NCBI GenBank assembly: GCA_034437655.1
Contig: DAOTTU010000044.1
Location: 265,584-329,583, forward strand
DNA from: Anaerolineae bacterium
GTDB taxonomy: Bacteria; Chloroflexota; Anaerolineae; Aggregatilineales; J027
Direction: 5' to 3'
Length of the DNA: 64,000 bases
Below, piece after piece: positions 17,844-27,481 of the stretch. Position 1 is the first letter of the stretch. Each line of letters begins with the position of its first letter. Below the pieces are notes generated by a model that worked only from the letters and a program-made list of their open reading frames with translations, did no database searches and had not been told where the DNA came from. Made by a program: the position numbers and the translations under genes.

Positions 17844-20800
17844 TTAGCTGTCGTTGTTGTTGCCGCTGTTGTTGTTCAGGCTCAAAAGGCCGGTTTCAAC
17901 CTGTGGCGGTTTGTTGCGATCTTCATCACGCCCGAAGCGGATGATTTCATTATTCTCAGTGATAGCTTCTACGGCCAACCCGAGGCTTTGCAGCTCTTTC
18001 ACCAGCACACGGAAGCTCGCGGGAATGCCCGGTTCTTCGATGGCTTCGTCTTTGACGATGGCTTCGTAGGTCTTAACACGCCCCTGCACATCGTCGGACT
18101 TGACGGTGAGCATTTCTTGCAGGGTGTAAGCAGCACCATAGGCTTCCAACGCCCAGACTTCCATTTCCCCAAAGCGCTGGCCACCAAACTGTGCCTTACC
18201 ACCAAGCGGCTGCTGTGTGACGAGGCTGTAGGGGCCAGTCGAGCGGGCATGAACCTTGTCTTCAACGAGGTGAGCCAGCTTCAGCATGTGGATGATGCCA
18301 ACCGTTACCGACTGCTCAAAAGCACGGCCTGATTTGCCATCGTGGAGCTTCATCTTGCCATAGATCGGAACAGGATTACCCGTGCGGATTTCGATGCGGT
18401 CAGCCAGGTCACGGAGTTGGTCAAGGTCAAGCCCTGCGACTTCAACTTCTTCTTCAGTCTTGTCCTGAATCCACAGGCTAAGGCACGCGACCATAGCGTT
18501 ATAATCACGTTCTGCGCGTTCTTCAACGCTGAGTTCGCTAACGTCAAACGCCAGCAGTTTTTCAGGGTTGAAGCCTTCTTCGCGCAGCCATTCCGCCAGT
18601 ACTGCGCGGCGAGCGAAGTTTCTATTGAGCGCCAGCAATTCTTCGTCGTACTTGTCACCGATCCATTCTGCGATGTACAAGCCACGGACTTCGTTGTCGT
18701 CACGCAGGGTTTCGGTTGGGTAGTCTTCAGACTTCAGCCATTCCCATGCGCGATCACTGACGACGTCCCAGGCTTTGTCAACTAGCCAGGCGCGGCCAAG
18801 TTCTGCTTCAATTTCCGCTTCTTTCGCACCATCAAACACTGGCGTGATAGCGCGGAAGCCGAGGCGGTCCGCAGCCCAGCCAAGATGCGTTTCCAACACC
18901 TGCCCAACGTTCATACGACCGGGCACACCCGTCGGATTAAGCACGATTTCAACCGGGCGGCCATCTTCAAGGAAGGGCATGTCTTCAATCGGCACGATCA
19001 TCGAAATCACGCCTTTATTCCCGTGACGGCCGGCCATCTTGTCACCCTGAGTCAGCTTGCGTTTCTGTGCAACTGTGACGCGGACCATGCGTTCAACGCC
19101 GGCCGGTAGGTCGCGATGTTCTTCACGGTTGAAGACTTTCACATCAATGACCTTGCCCCGGTCGCCGTGTGGCAGCCGCAATGACGTATCTTTCACTTCG
19201 CGGGCTTTTTCACCAAAGATGGCACGCAGCAGTTTTTCTTCGGGGCTGAGTTCACGTTCACCTTTAGGGGTGATCTTCCCGACCAGAATGTCATTGGGTT
19301 TGACATCAGCACCGATGCGGATGATACCGAACTCATCCAGGTCTTTCACTGCGTCGCCAACGTTGGGAATGTCATAGGTGATTTCTTCAGGCCCCAGCTT
19401 GGTGTCGCGGGCTTCGACTTCATGTTTTTCAATGTGAATAGAGGTGAAGCGGTCTTCACGCACCAGCGCTTCGCTCAGCACAATCGCGTCTTCGTAGTTG
19501 CCACCTTCCCACGAGAGAAACGCTACCATCACGTCATGCCCCAGCGCCAGGTTGCCGTGTTGCGTACTGCTGCTGTCGGCAATGACCATGCCTTTTTCGA
19601 CACGCTGCCCCTTAGAAACCACCGGGCGCTGGTCGATGCATGTACTCTGGTTGGAACGGTTGTACTTGCGCAACTTGTAGATGTGGTCGCCATCGTCGTT
19701 GGTGATAACAATACGATCACCGACAACACTGGTCACCTCGCCAGACTGTTCAGAAACCATGATCTGCCCGGAGTCGTAAGCCGCATGGCCTTCCATACCC
19801 GTACTGACAATCGGCGTGTCTGGATTAAGCAGCGGCACCGCCTGACGCTGCATGTTCGAACCCATCAGCGCACGGTTGGCGTCATCATGTTCAAGGAACG
19901 GAATCAGCGACGCGGAAATACCGACAATCTGACGTGGGGCAATGTCCATCAGGTCGATGCGATCCACTCGTTCGATCAGGAATTTCTGGTAGTAGCGTGA
20001 GGACACACGGTCATCAACGAACTGACCACGCTCGTCCAGCTTGGCGTTGGCCTGGCTGATTCGAAAACGGTCTTCAGAGTCGGCCGACATATATTTGATG
20101 TCTGGTGTCACATAGGGTCGCACCGGAACAGTATCAATGCCCGCATCGCGGAAAGTGTTGAGCATGTCGTCGGTGATGATCTCGTTCTTCTCGTAGATCA
20201 CATCACCGTCGTCAGTTTCGTAGTCCTCGCCCAGCTTACGCCCCAACAAATCGGGATCATCAATGGGCAGTTCACGGTGGACAATGCGGTATGGTGTCTC
20301 GATAAACCCATAGGCATTCACGCGCCCATACGTCGCCAAACGCCCGATCAAACCAATGTTTGGGCCTTCTGGTGTTTCAATGGGGCAAATACGGCCATAG
20401 TGGCTGTGGTGGACGTCACGCACGTCAAAGCCAGCACGTTCACGCCGCAAACCGCCCGGCCCGAGTGCCGAAAGGGTGCGCTTGTGGGTCAGTTCGGCCA
20501 GCGGGTTCGTCTGTTCCATAAATTGGGAAAGCTGGCTGCTGCCAAAGAACTCGCGTACTGACGCCACAATCGGGCGAATATTCACCAGCGAGGTCGGCGT
20601 CAGGTTGTCACTTTCACGGATGGACATACGTTCCTTGACAACCCGTTCCATGCGGCGCAGACCGATGCGTAGCTTGTTCTGGATAAGTTCGCCTACTGTT
20701 TTGACACGGCGATTACCCAGATGGTCAACGTCATCGGGCTTTTCCACACGATTGTTAATGTGGATCATGCGCTCGACCAGCTTAACAATATCGTATTTGC

Positions 20801-21791
20801 TGATTGTGCGATGTTGCAGCGTGATAACGTCGTCCAGGCGTAGCCGCTGATTGAGCTTGTAGCGGCCAACACGCTCCAGGTCGTAGCGTCGCTGGTCAAA
20901 CAGTTGGCTTTCAAGATACTCACGAGCGTTTTCTAGCGTAGGGGGGTCGCCGGGGCGCATCTTTTTGTAAAACTCAAGGAGCGCAGCTTCAGCAACGGTT
21001 AGCTTGCCATCTTTGAGGTCAAACTGTGGCTCTTGTTTGATCGAACTCATAATATACGGATGATCATCGTCAGTATCAGATGTGCCATAGAGTTCAATCA
21101 ATTCTTCGTCGGTGCCGAGACGCGGAATCGGCAGATCGTCGGGGTACTCCATCCCATCTTCAACGGCCGCCAGCGCACGTAACAGCACCGTAACCGGGAC
21201 AGTGCGCTTGCGGTTGAACTTCAGGGTGATATAGTCGCTTTTGCGTGTTTCGAACTCCATCCACGCACCACGGTCAGGAATCATCTTCGCGGTGGCGAGG
21301 CTGCGGCCGGTGGTATGGTCTTCGTTGACGGCGAAGTAAACACCGGGGGAACGGATCAACTGACTGACGACAACACGTTCGGTTCCGTTGATGATGAAGG
21401 TGCCGTTTTCCGTCATCAGCGGGAAGTTGCCCAGGAAGATTTCGGACTCAATCACCTGGTCGCCGGCGTCGTGGTTGACCAGCGCAACACGGACATGCAG
21501 CGGGGCGGCATAGTCGATGTCGCGTTCCAGGCAAGTTTCTTCGTCATATTTGGCTTCTTCGAACCAGTAGTTGAGGTTGGTAAAGCCAGCAGCTTCGGCG
21601 TTCTTTCCAGGGAAGTAAAGTTTCAGGTTGCCGTTGAAACTTTCGATGGGGCTGATTTCATTAAATAGTTCAGACATGCCCTCGCGCAGGAACCAGTCGA
21701 AGGCGTCAAGCTGAATATCAATGAGCGATGGCAGACTCGTGATTTCACGAGTTCTAGCGTAACTTTTAGTTTCTCGCGTACGCTGCATCAT
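17844..21791 (-). CDS. rpoB: DNA-directed RNA polymerase subunit beta
   Basis: 1315 aa. Universal beta motifs are present, including [21 protein letters not shown]-like and [37 protein letters not shown]. Confidence 0.97.
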   Translation of the reverse strand: MMQRTRETKSYARTREITSLPSLIDIQLDAFDWFLREGMSELFNEISPIESFNGNLKLYFPGKNAEAAGFTNLNYWFEEAKYDEETCLERDIDYAAPLHVRVALVNHDAGDQVIESEIFLGNFPLMTENGTFIINGTERVVVSQLIRSPGVYFAVNEDHTTGRSLATAKMIPDRGAWMEFETRKSDYITLKFNRKRTVPVTVLLRALAAVEDGMEYPDDLPIPRLGTDEELIELYGTSDTDDDHPYIMSSIKQEPQFDLKDGKLTVAEAALLEFYKKMRPGDPPTLENAREYLESQLFDQRRYDLERVGRYKLNQRLRLDDVITLQHRTISKYDIVKLVERMIHINNRVEKPDDVDHLGNRRVKTVGELIQNKLRIGLRRMERVVKERMSIRESDNLTPTSLVNIRPIVASVREFFGSSQLSQFMEQTNPLAELTHKRTLSALGPGGLRRERAGFDVRDVHHSHYGRICPIETPEGPNIGLIGRLATYGRVNAYGFIETPYRIVHRELPIDDPDLLGRKLGEDYETDDGDVIYEKNEIITDDMLNTFRDAGIDTVPVRPYVTPDIKYMSADSEDRFRISQANAKLDERGQFVDDRVSSRYYQKFLIERVDRIDLMDIAPRQIVGISASLIPFLEHDDANRALMGSNMQRQAVPLLNPDTPIVSTGMEGHAAYDSGQIMVSEQSGEVTSVVGDRIVITNDDGDHIYKLRKYNRSNQSTCIDQRPVVSKGQRVEKGMVIADSSSTQHGNLALGHDVMVAFLSWEGGNYEDAIVLSEALVREDRFTSIHIEKHEVEARDTKLGPEEITYDIPNVGDAVKDLDEFGIIRIGADVKPNDILVGKITPKGERELSPEEKLLRAIFGEKAREVKDTSLRLPHGDRGKVIDVKVFNREEHRDLPAGVERMVRVTVAQKRKLTQGDKMAGRHGNKGVISMIVPIEDMPFLEDGRPVEIVLNPTGVPGRMNVGQVLETHLGWAADRLGFRAITPVFDGAKEAEIEAELGRAWLVDKAWDVVSDRAWEWLKSEDYPTETLRDDNEVRGLYIAEWIGDKYDEELLALNRNFARRAVLAEWLREEGFNPEKLLAFDVSELSVEERAERDYNAMVACLSLWIQDKTEEEVEVAGLDLDQLRDLADRIEIRTGNPVPIYGKMKLHDGKSGRAFEQSVTVGIIHMLKLAHLVEDKVHARSTGPYSLVTQQPLGGKAQFGGQRFGEMEVWALEAYGAAYTLQEMLTVKSDDVQGRVKTYEAIVKDEAIEEPGIPASFRVLVKELQSLGLAVEAITENNEIIRFGRDEDRNKPPQVETGLLSLNNNSGNNNDS

Positions 21792-21865
21792 AACTCCTCG
21801 TGAGGTATGCTTACGTTGTCGGCGCGGTATTTAATGGGGAATTACCATTCTTTGATGAATCTTGC

Positions 21866-21894
21866 ATTATAAATGGAAAGTTTGAGCCTGTCAA
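21866..21894 (-). promoter_or_regulatory. Perfect consensus sigma-70-type promoter for rpoB
   Basis: The minus strand reads TTGACA (21894-21889), a 17-nt spacer, then TATAAT (21871-21866). This lies about 75 nt upstream of the rpoB ATG. Confidence 0.7.
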
Positions 21895-22017
21895 CAATTT
21901 TCTGGATGAATTGAGGTACGGTACAATCAATGCGAGGTTTGAACCCTGAGCAACATCTGAAAAACGGTATGCTGAAACGCCTTTTGACGACCACCAACCG
22001 CCTGGATTGTTAGATAT

Positions 22018-23586
22018 ATGCGAATGTCTGGACCACTTTCAAAAATCCGACGCACGCTCCTGCATCGTCCGTGGCGTTTATTGCGTCTGCTGCTGATACC
22101 GTTGCTTGGCTTCCTACTGTTGTCTGCTGCAACGGTTGGGGTTGTTGAAGCGACCGATGGTATGCAGGGCAACCGCTGCGTTGTTGAAAAAGACGAATAC
22201 ATTGAACATGATTTCTATTTCTATTGTTGGACTGTGGTGATCCGCGGCACGGTAGACGGCGACTTAATAGGTTTAGCCTCAGAAGTAGTCATTACGCAGG
22301 ACGCAACGGTTACTGGCGATGTCTGGATGGTAGGCGGGCAACTTTCTGTACGGGGTACGCTCGGTGATGATGTACGCTTTGCCGGGGCCGACCTCGACTT
22401 CATTGAATCCACAGTGTTTACCAATCCGCGCAGCAGTGTGACTACGCTGGCACTGAGTATGGAAATGAGCGAGGGTGTATGGCTGCCCAGTGACCTATCC
22501 ATGGTCGGGTACCAGGCGCTGATGTATGGTGACATGGGCGGCAATATTGACTTTCAGGGGCAACGGCTCGACATTCGTGGGCGGGTTAACGGTCAGGTGG
22601 ATGCTATCGTCGGTGATGCCCGTCAGGAAGTGAACCTGCGCACGATTCCTTTTGTGCCCTATTCGCTTCAGTTGCGCGACTATGGGCTCTATCTGGGTGA
22701 TGAATCACAAATTGACGGCGACCTGCGCTACGAAGCTGCCCAACCCACCAATGTTCCACGCGGCGCGGTGAACGGCACCATTAGCTATACACAAGTGCTT
22801 TCGCAGCAAGATATCACATTGGCCCGCCAACCACGGACGTTTTTTAGCATCCTGCGGACCTACGTCATTGAAGTGCTGCGTGACTTCATCCCGCTGGCGC
22901 TTGTTGGGGTGTTAGTGTTGCAGTTTGCCCCGACACTGATGACCGAAAGCGGACGCCGTATCCGTGAAAAAGCGCTGCCAGCGGTCAGTTGGGGGTTCAT
23001 GCTCTCTATTTTGTTTTTCCCGGTCGCGTTGCTGACTATTCTCGTGAGTATTGTGCTTGTTTTTCTGGTGACAGTCATCACGTTGAGTTCGCTGACGTTG
23101 CTGGTTGCTATGCTGTTGACTATTCTGAACCTGATTATGGTTTTCGGGTTTGGGTTTTTATTGATTTATCTGGGGCGAGTGGTGGCCTGCTATCTGGCGG
23201 GTGTGATGCTGATTCGTTGGCTGCGGTATTATATCGCCATGCGGAACCATGACCCCGACGACCCCCCCATCTACATCCCACCGATTCCTCCTGAATATCG
23301 TTGGACACTGCTTGCGCTGGGGACTGTACTTTATAGTTTGGTGGTAAACTTACCATTGCCACCGCCTGTGCCGACGATTGAACTCTTGATTGAAGCGCTG
23401 GCCGCTTTCGCAGGGTTGGGCGCGCTGTTTATGGTTGGGCGTGACATATGGCATCGTTACGAGTTACGCCAGGGCCGCTTGCAGCCACGCCGCCGCCTAC
23501 AATTTGAAAATGATATGTTTGACGAAGGCGAACGCACACTGGGGATGCAAAATCTTCCAGAAGGGTTTAAAGGCTTTGACGACTAA
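22018..23586 (+). CDS. Membrane protein with an N-terminal signal/anchor, a repetitive beta-helix-like (bactofilin/polymer-forming-like) extracytoplasmic region and a C-terminal polytopic domain
   Basis: 522 aa. Repetitive segments read VVIRGTVDGDLIGLASEVVITQDATVTGDVWMVGGQLSVRGTLGDDVRFAG. Several hydrophobic helices occupy the C-terminal half. Confidence 0.5.
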   Translation: MRMSGPLSKIRRTLLHRPWRLLRLLLIPLLGFLLLSAATVGVVEATDGMQGNRCVVEKDEYIEHDFYFYCWTVVIRGTVDGDLIGLASEVVITQDATVTGDVWMVGGQLSVRGTLGDDVRFAGADLDFIESTVFTNPRSSVTTLALSMEMSEGVWLPSDLSMVGYQALMYGDMGGNIDFQGQRLDIRGRVNGQVDAIVGDARQEVNLRTIPFVPYSLQLRDYGLYLGDESQIDGDLRYEAAQPTNVPRGAVNGTISYTQVLSQQDITLARQPRTFFSILRTYVIEVLRDFIPLALVGVLVLQFAPTLMTESGRRIREKALPAVSWGFMLSILFFPVALLTILVSIVLVFLVTVITLSSLTLLVAMLLTILNLIMVFGFGFLLIYLGRVVACYLAGVMLIRWLRYYIAMRNHDPDDPPIYIPPIPPEYRWTLLALGTVLYSLVVNLPLPPPVPTIELLIEALAAFAGLGALFMVGRDIWHRYELRQGRLQPRRRLQFENDMFDEGERTLGMQNLPEGFKGFDD

Positions 23587-23598
23587 GGAAATGCAACG

Positions 23599-24576
23599 GT
23601 GAATACATCTGCCCTGTCGCGCCGCTGGGTATCGCGGGCTGGGTTGCTGGCATTGACAGTCATTTTTGTTGAGATCATCGGCTGGTATCAGGCGGGTACC
23701 TATGATGGGCTGGATTGGCTGGTAGTGGTCATTGTGGATGGCGCATTGGTGCTGATGGTTGTGGACTTCATAGTGCGGTGGCACACAGGCAACTGGCTCA
23801 CTATATTGATTGCCAGCGGTATTTTCGGCGTTGGTCATGGTGCATTTGTGTCGCTTGGTTTGCAGGTTGACTTGCCGTTGAGCCTTGTGCTTTTTGGCAC
23901 AGCCATGCCGACGCTGATGTTTCTGGGTGCCTATTTCAGCTTCCAATTGCTGTATGTTGGGCATGAAGCCTGGGCGCGGTGGTGGCTGGTGGTGCCTTTG
24001 ATAGGCTTAGGACATGGCCTCTGGGTGCGGTGGCTGCCAGCGCTTGACGCGGTGCAATTAACTCCCCCACAACTGGCGACGATCTTGCCGCTGAGTGTTG
24101 TGTTGCTGGCTGGTGTAGCTGTGATAGCGTTGGTGTTGCCAGTACCTGCGCGAGTTGAACGCGAAGACTGGTTGCTGACACCGATTGAATGGGTGATGCT
24201 AGTGCTGGTGCCGCTGCTGGTGACGACTATGCTACGTGTACAAAACGATGAGTTGGTGCTGTTTCCGTTTCTACTGGCGTTGCTGATAATAGCCATCCTC
24301 AGCGCTTTACTATGGTTCTATCATCAACTGGCACTCCGTCCAGCATTTCAACTGGTGTTTCGCCCTCAGAATGTGCTGACGATTCGTTGGCTGATTGCAT
24401 TGGTACCTTTTGCCATCACCATCTGGTTCGGCTACGAACTCCCCGGCGAAGGGTCACCGCTACAGTTCACGATGCTACTGGGCACTCTGATTGCGTTTGG
24501 GATTGCCTGGCCACCGCTGGTGTCTGTATTTGTCAGCGTGCAAGCCTTTATTGAGCTTAGTCGTGAGGAGTATTGA
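23599..24576 (+). CDS. Polytopic membrane protein, function unknown
   Basis: 325 aa with a GTG start, beginning 12 nt after the previous stop. It is hydrophobic throughout. Confidence 0.6.
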   Translation: MNTSALSRRWVSRAGLLALTVIFVEIIGWYQAGTYDGLDWLVVVIVDGALVLMVVDFIVRWHTGNWLTILIASGIFGVGHGAFVSLGLQVDLPLSLVLFGTAMPTLMFLGAYFSFQLLYVGHEAWARWWLVVPLIGLGHGLWVRWLPALDAVQLTPPQLATILPLSVVLLAGVAVIALVLPVPARVEREDWLLTPIEWVMLVLVPLLVTTMLRVQNDELVLFPFLLALLIIAILSALLWFYHQLALRPAFQLVFRPQNVLTIRWLIALVPFAITIWFGYELPGEGSPLQFTMLLGTLIAFGIAWPPLVSVFVSVQAFIELSREEY

Positions 24577-25217
24577 TGTCCCATTCCGATGACTACTATC
24601 TTGCGATGCAACGCAACACTGGCTGGCAGCAGATTCTGGCGAGCTTTGCCCGTTTTGTAGAGCCGGCCCCGGCTGGAACGCTGCTGGATGTTGGCACCGG
24701 GCCGGGCGCACTGGTCGCTATATTTCAGCGTGATTTTGGTGTGCATGGTATCGGTGTAGACGCCAGTTTCGCATTGGCGCACGCTGCGCAGCAACATTAT
24801 GCTGAAAGTGGTGCCACGTTTATTACCGCAGCATTGCCGCGCCTTCCGTTTGCAGATAACACATTTGACGTCCTAACGGCAACCAATATCCTCTATTTGC
24901 TGGATAATCCTGCAACAGCCTTGCAAGAAATGGAACGTGTTTTGCGCCCGGGTGGAACTTTCGCAATGTTGAACCCGTCCATTAAGATGAATGTGGCGAC
25001 TGCAACAGCACTTGCCACCGAACGCGGTTTGGTCGGCTTTGCACACCAAAACTTTCTTGAGTGGGGACGTATTGCCGAGCGAAATCACCGCTGGACCCTT
25101 GCTGATGTGGATGCACTATTTACGGCGGCTGGCCTAACGTTGCAAACACACCGTGAACGGATCGGGGCAGGGCTGGCACTGTATGTCAAAGGGTTTAAAC
25201 GCAATACGCTAAGTTGA
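24573..25217 (+). CDS. Class I SAM-dependent methyltransferase
   Basis: 214 aa. Motif I is LLDVGTGPGAL, followed by LRPGGTFAM. The start overlaps the upstream gene by 4 nt. Confidence 0.7.
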   Translation: MMSHSDDYYLAMQRNTGWQQILASFARFVEPAPAGTLLDVGTGPGALVAIFQRDFGVHGIGVDASFALAHAAQQHYAESGATFITAALPRLPFADNTFDVLTATNILYLLDNPATALQEMERVLRPGGTFAMLNPSIKMNVATATALATERGLVGFAHQNFLEWGRIAERNHRWTLADVDALFTAAGLTLQTHRERIGAGLALYVKGFKRNTLS

Positions 25218-25235
25218 GATCAAAATGGAGACATA

Positions 25236-25835
25236 ATGACCAATCCAGACGCGCAGTTTGCAGAAGTCGAACGTTTAATGAACGAAATTCGTGACGCTTT
25301 ATCCTGGACAGATGAAGCACGTGAAGTCAATGAGCTAAAAGCATTGCAATTATTGCTGGACCTGACACGCAAAATCCATGAAACGCGCAACCTGCACGAA
25401 CTCATCGCCTTGATTCTTGATAGCGCGATTGCCTTTGCAGATGCCAACCGTGCCTTTGTGATTATGCTGGAAGCGGATGGCGGCCTGCGGTTCAAAATGG
25501 GGCGTGACCACGAGAAGAACCACCTCAGCGCTGAGCAATGCACCCCTTCAACGGGCGTTATTGCCCGCACGCTCGAACGTGGCCGTACATTGCTGGTACC
25601 TGATGCACTTGCCGACCACGAGCTAAGCAAGCGAGAAAGTGTCCAGGAACTGAACTTGCGGACTGTGATGTGTTCACCGTTGCGCTTCAAGCAAAACACC
25701 TTTGGCGTACTTTATGTTGATAGTCAGCACTCGTTGGGGCGCTATTCAAGCTCACACGTGAACGTTATCGCTAGCCTTGCAGACCAGGCTGCTGTCGCGA
25801 TTCGCAATGCGCAAAAATTTGAAACACATGAGTAA
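25236..25835 (+). CDS. Stand-alone GAF-domain protein
   Basis: 199 aa. A GAF-like core is present (ILDSAIAFADANRAFVIMLEADGGLRFKMGRD...MCSPLRFKQNTFGVLYVDS). Confidence 0.6.
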   Translation: MTNPDAQFAEVERLMNEIRDALSWTDEAREVNELKALQLLLDLTRKIHETRNLHELIALILDSAIAFADANRAFVIMLEADGGLRFKMGRDHEKNHLSAEQCTPSTGVIARTLERGRTLLVPDALADHELSKRESVQELNLRTVMCSPLRFKQNTFGVLYVDSQHSLGRYSSSHVNVIASLADQAAVAIRNAQKFETHE

Positions 25836-25854
25836 TTCGGCGTGTGATCAATGG

Positions 25855-25884
25855 TTGCCAAGACAGCTACTCTTTCGTTATAGT
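25855..25884 (+). promoter_or_regulatory. Candidate promoter for the kinase-receiver-HTH gene
   Basis: TTGCCA, an 18-nt spacer, then TATAGT. It ends 34 nt before the GTG at 25918. Confidence 0.4.
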
Positions 25885-25917
25885 CTTCGCATGATTACAA
25901 GCGGTGTGTGAGGATCC

Positions 25918-27453
25918 GTGATGATCGGCCAAACATTGAGTGGACGCTATAGAATAGAAGAATTGATTGGCGAAGGGGCCACGGCGATTGTTTACCGGGC
26001 TACCGACCTGCGCCTACAGCGTCAGATAGCGGTAAAAGTGTTGCTGCCGCACGTAAATGACACAACTCGTAAGCGCTTCGAGCGTGAAGCCCACGCAGCG
26101 GCGCGGTTGAATCACCCGAACATCATGGCGATTTATGACTTTGCGGTGGATGGCAACTCCGAATATCTGGCGGTTGAACTGATTGAAGGCCGTGCCCTGT
26201 ACGAGTTCATCCCGGCGGAGCCTGAACTGGTCATTGAAGTAGGGTATCAAATTTGTGTGGCGCTGGAATATGCTCATCAGATTGGATTAATCCACCGTGA
26301 CATCAAGCCGGCGAACATCAACCTGACCAGCGCGAGCCAGATTAAGCTCATGGACTTTGGGCTGGCGATTCCGAAAACGGGTGATCAGAAGCGCCTGACT
26401 GCCAGCGGTACTATAATTGGCACGCCGGCCTATCTTTCCCCTGAACAGGCACAGGGGTTGCCGCTCGACCCGCGCACCGATATTTATTCAACAGGGATCG
26501 TGCTTTACGAAATGTTGACGGGTGTCTTGCCGTTTGATGCTGATGACATTGGCACCATCTTGCTGCAACAGGTCAAAAAGAAGGCCGAACCACCTTCTAA
26601 ACACAAGTCCAACATTCCAAAAGCGTTGGAAGATATCATCCTCAAAGCACTGGAAAAACGCCCTTCAGCACGTTTCCAAACCGCACACGAAATGGGCGAG
26701 GCATTGTATGACCTAAAGCGCAAGACCTCGGTGTCTGGGTTGGGTGAAGCGATTCAAGCCTCAGAAGAAAAGCAAGACAACACACCAGCACAAAGTGGTG
26801 GCGGTGATGATTTACGACTCGTCCTTGCAGATGACCATGTGCTGACACGCACCAGCCTCGCGTATTTCCTGAGCGACATTGACGGGATTGATGTTGTGGG
26901 TGAGGCGTCAAATGGTGAAGAGGCCTTCAAACTCATCGGCGAGCAAAATCCCGACGTGCTACTTCTGGACTTGAACATGCCGGGCACAAATGGTCTGGTG
27001 ATTTTGCCACAAATCCGTAAGGCCTACCCCAACGTCAAGGTTCTGGTTCTGACGGGCCGTGAAGAAAACTCAATGATTATGCGGGCACTGCGGGCTGGCG
27101 CACATGGCTACGTTTTAAAGACCAGTTCTGAAGACGACCTCGAAAAGTCTGTGCGTGAAGTTGCCACCGGGCGTCTGGTGCTTGGGTTTGGCGTGGCAGA
27201 GAAGCTGGTTGGTGGCTTGATTGATGATGAAGCTGCAAACCCACTGGATGCTGTACAGCGAGACATCTTGACGTTGGTTGCATCTGGGATGAAAGACGCA
27301 GATGTTGCACACCAGATGGGGATGCCAGAAGATGAAATGGTTGAAACACTCATGACAGCTATTGATGCGCTAGGCGTGACCTCGCGTACTGATGCCGCCC
27401 TGATGGCGTTGCGGGCCGGGTGGATTCGCCTTGAAGATGTGCAGCGGCTTTAA
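25918..27453 (+). CDS. Fusion protein: Hanks-type Ser/Thr kinase, then a receiver (REC) domain, then a LuxR/FixJ-type HTH
   Basis: 511 aa.
- Kinase motifs: GEGATAIVY, IAVKVL, HRDIKPANI, MDFGLA, AYLSPE.
- REC motifs: LADDH, LLLDLNMPG (Asp codon 26968-26970), VLVLTG, GYVLK.
- HTH segment: RDILTLVASGMKDADVAHQMGM...GVTSRTDAALMALRAGWI. Confidence 0.8.
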   Translation: MMIGQTLSGRYRIEELIGEGATAIVYRATDLRLQRQIAVKVLLPHVNDTTRKRFEREAHAAARLNHPNIMAIYDFAVDGNSEYLAVELIEGRALYEFIPAEPELVIEVGYQICVALEYAHQIGLIHRDIKPANINLTSASQIKLMDFGLAIPKTGDQKRLTASGTIIGTPAYLSPEQAQGLPLDPRTDIYSTGIVLYEMLTGVLPFDADDIGTILLQQVKKKAEPPSKHKSNIPKALEDIILKALEKRPSARFQTAHEMGEALYDLKRKTSVSGLGEAIQASEEKQDNTPAQSGGGDDLRLVLADDHVLTRTSLAYFLSDIDGIDVVGEASNGEEAFKLIGEQNPDVLLLDLNMPGTNGLVILPQIRKAYPNVKVLVLTGREENSMIMRALRAGAHGYVLKTSSEDDLEKSVREVATGRLVLGFGVAEKLVGGLIDDEAANPLDAVQRDILTLVASGMKDADVAHQMGMPEDEMVETLMTAIDALGVTSRTDAALMALRAGWIRLEDVQRL

Positions 27454-27481
27454 ACCTACGTTCGCTGGCGACAGGTGGCTC

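Noticed and set aside
19422-20000. 192-aa plus-strand ORF, and other 60-150-aa ORFs, antisense within rpoB
   Set aside because: They lie inside the unambiguous rpoB CDS. The same reasoning applies to the antisense ORFs inside clpC (for example 49345-49953) and the ABC exporter genes.
17844-21791. Possible intein or split in the long RpoB
   Set aside because: The extra length is explained by a helix-rich lineage-specific insertion. No intein block motifs (a Cys/Ser-initiated splicing domain ending in HN) were seen at its boundaries.
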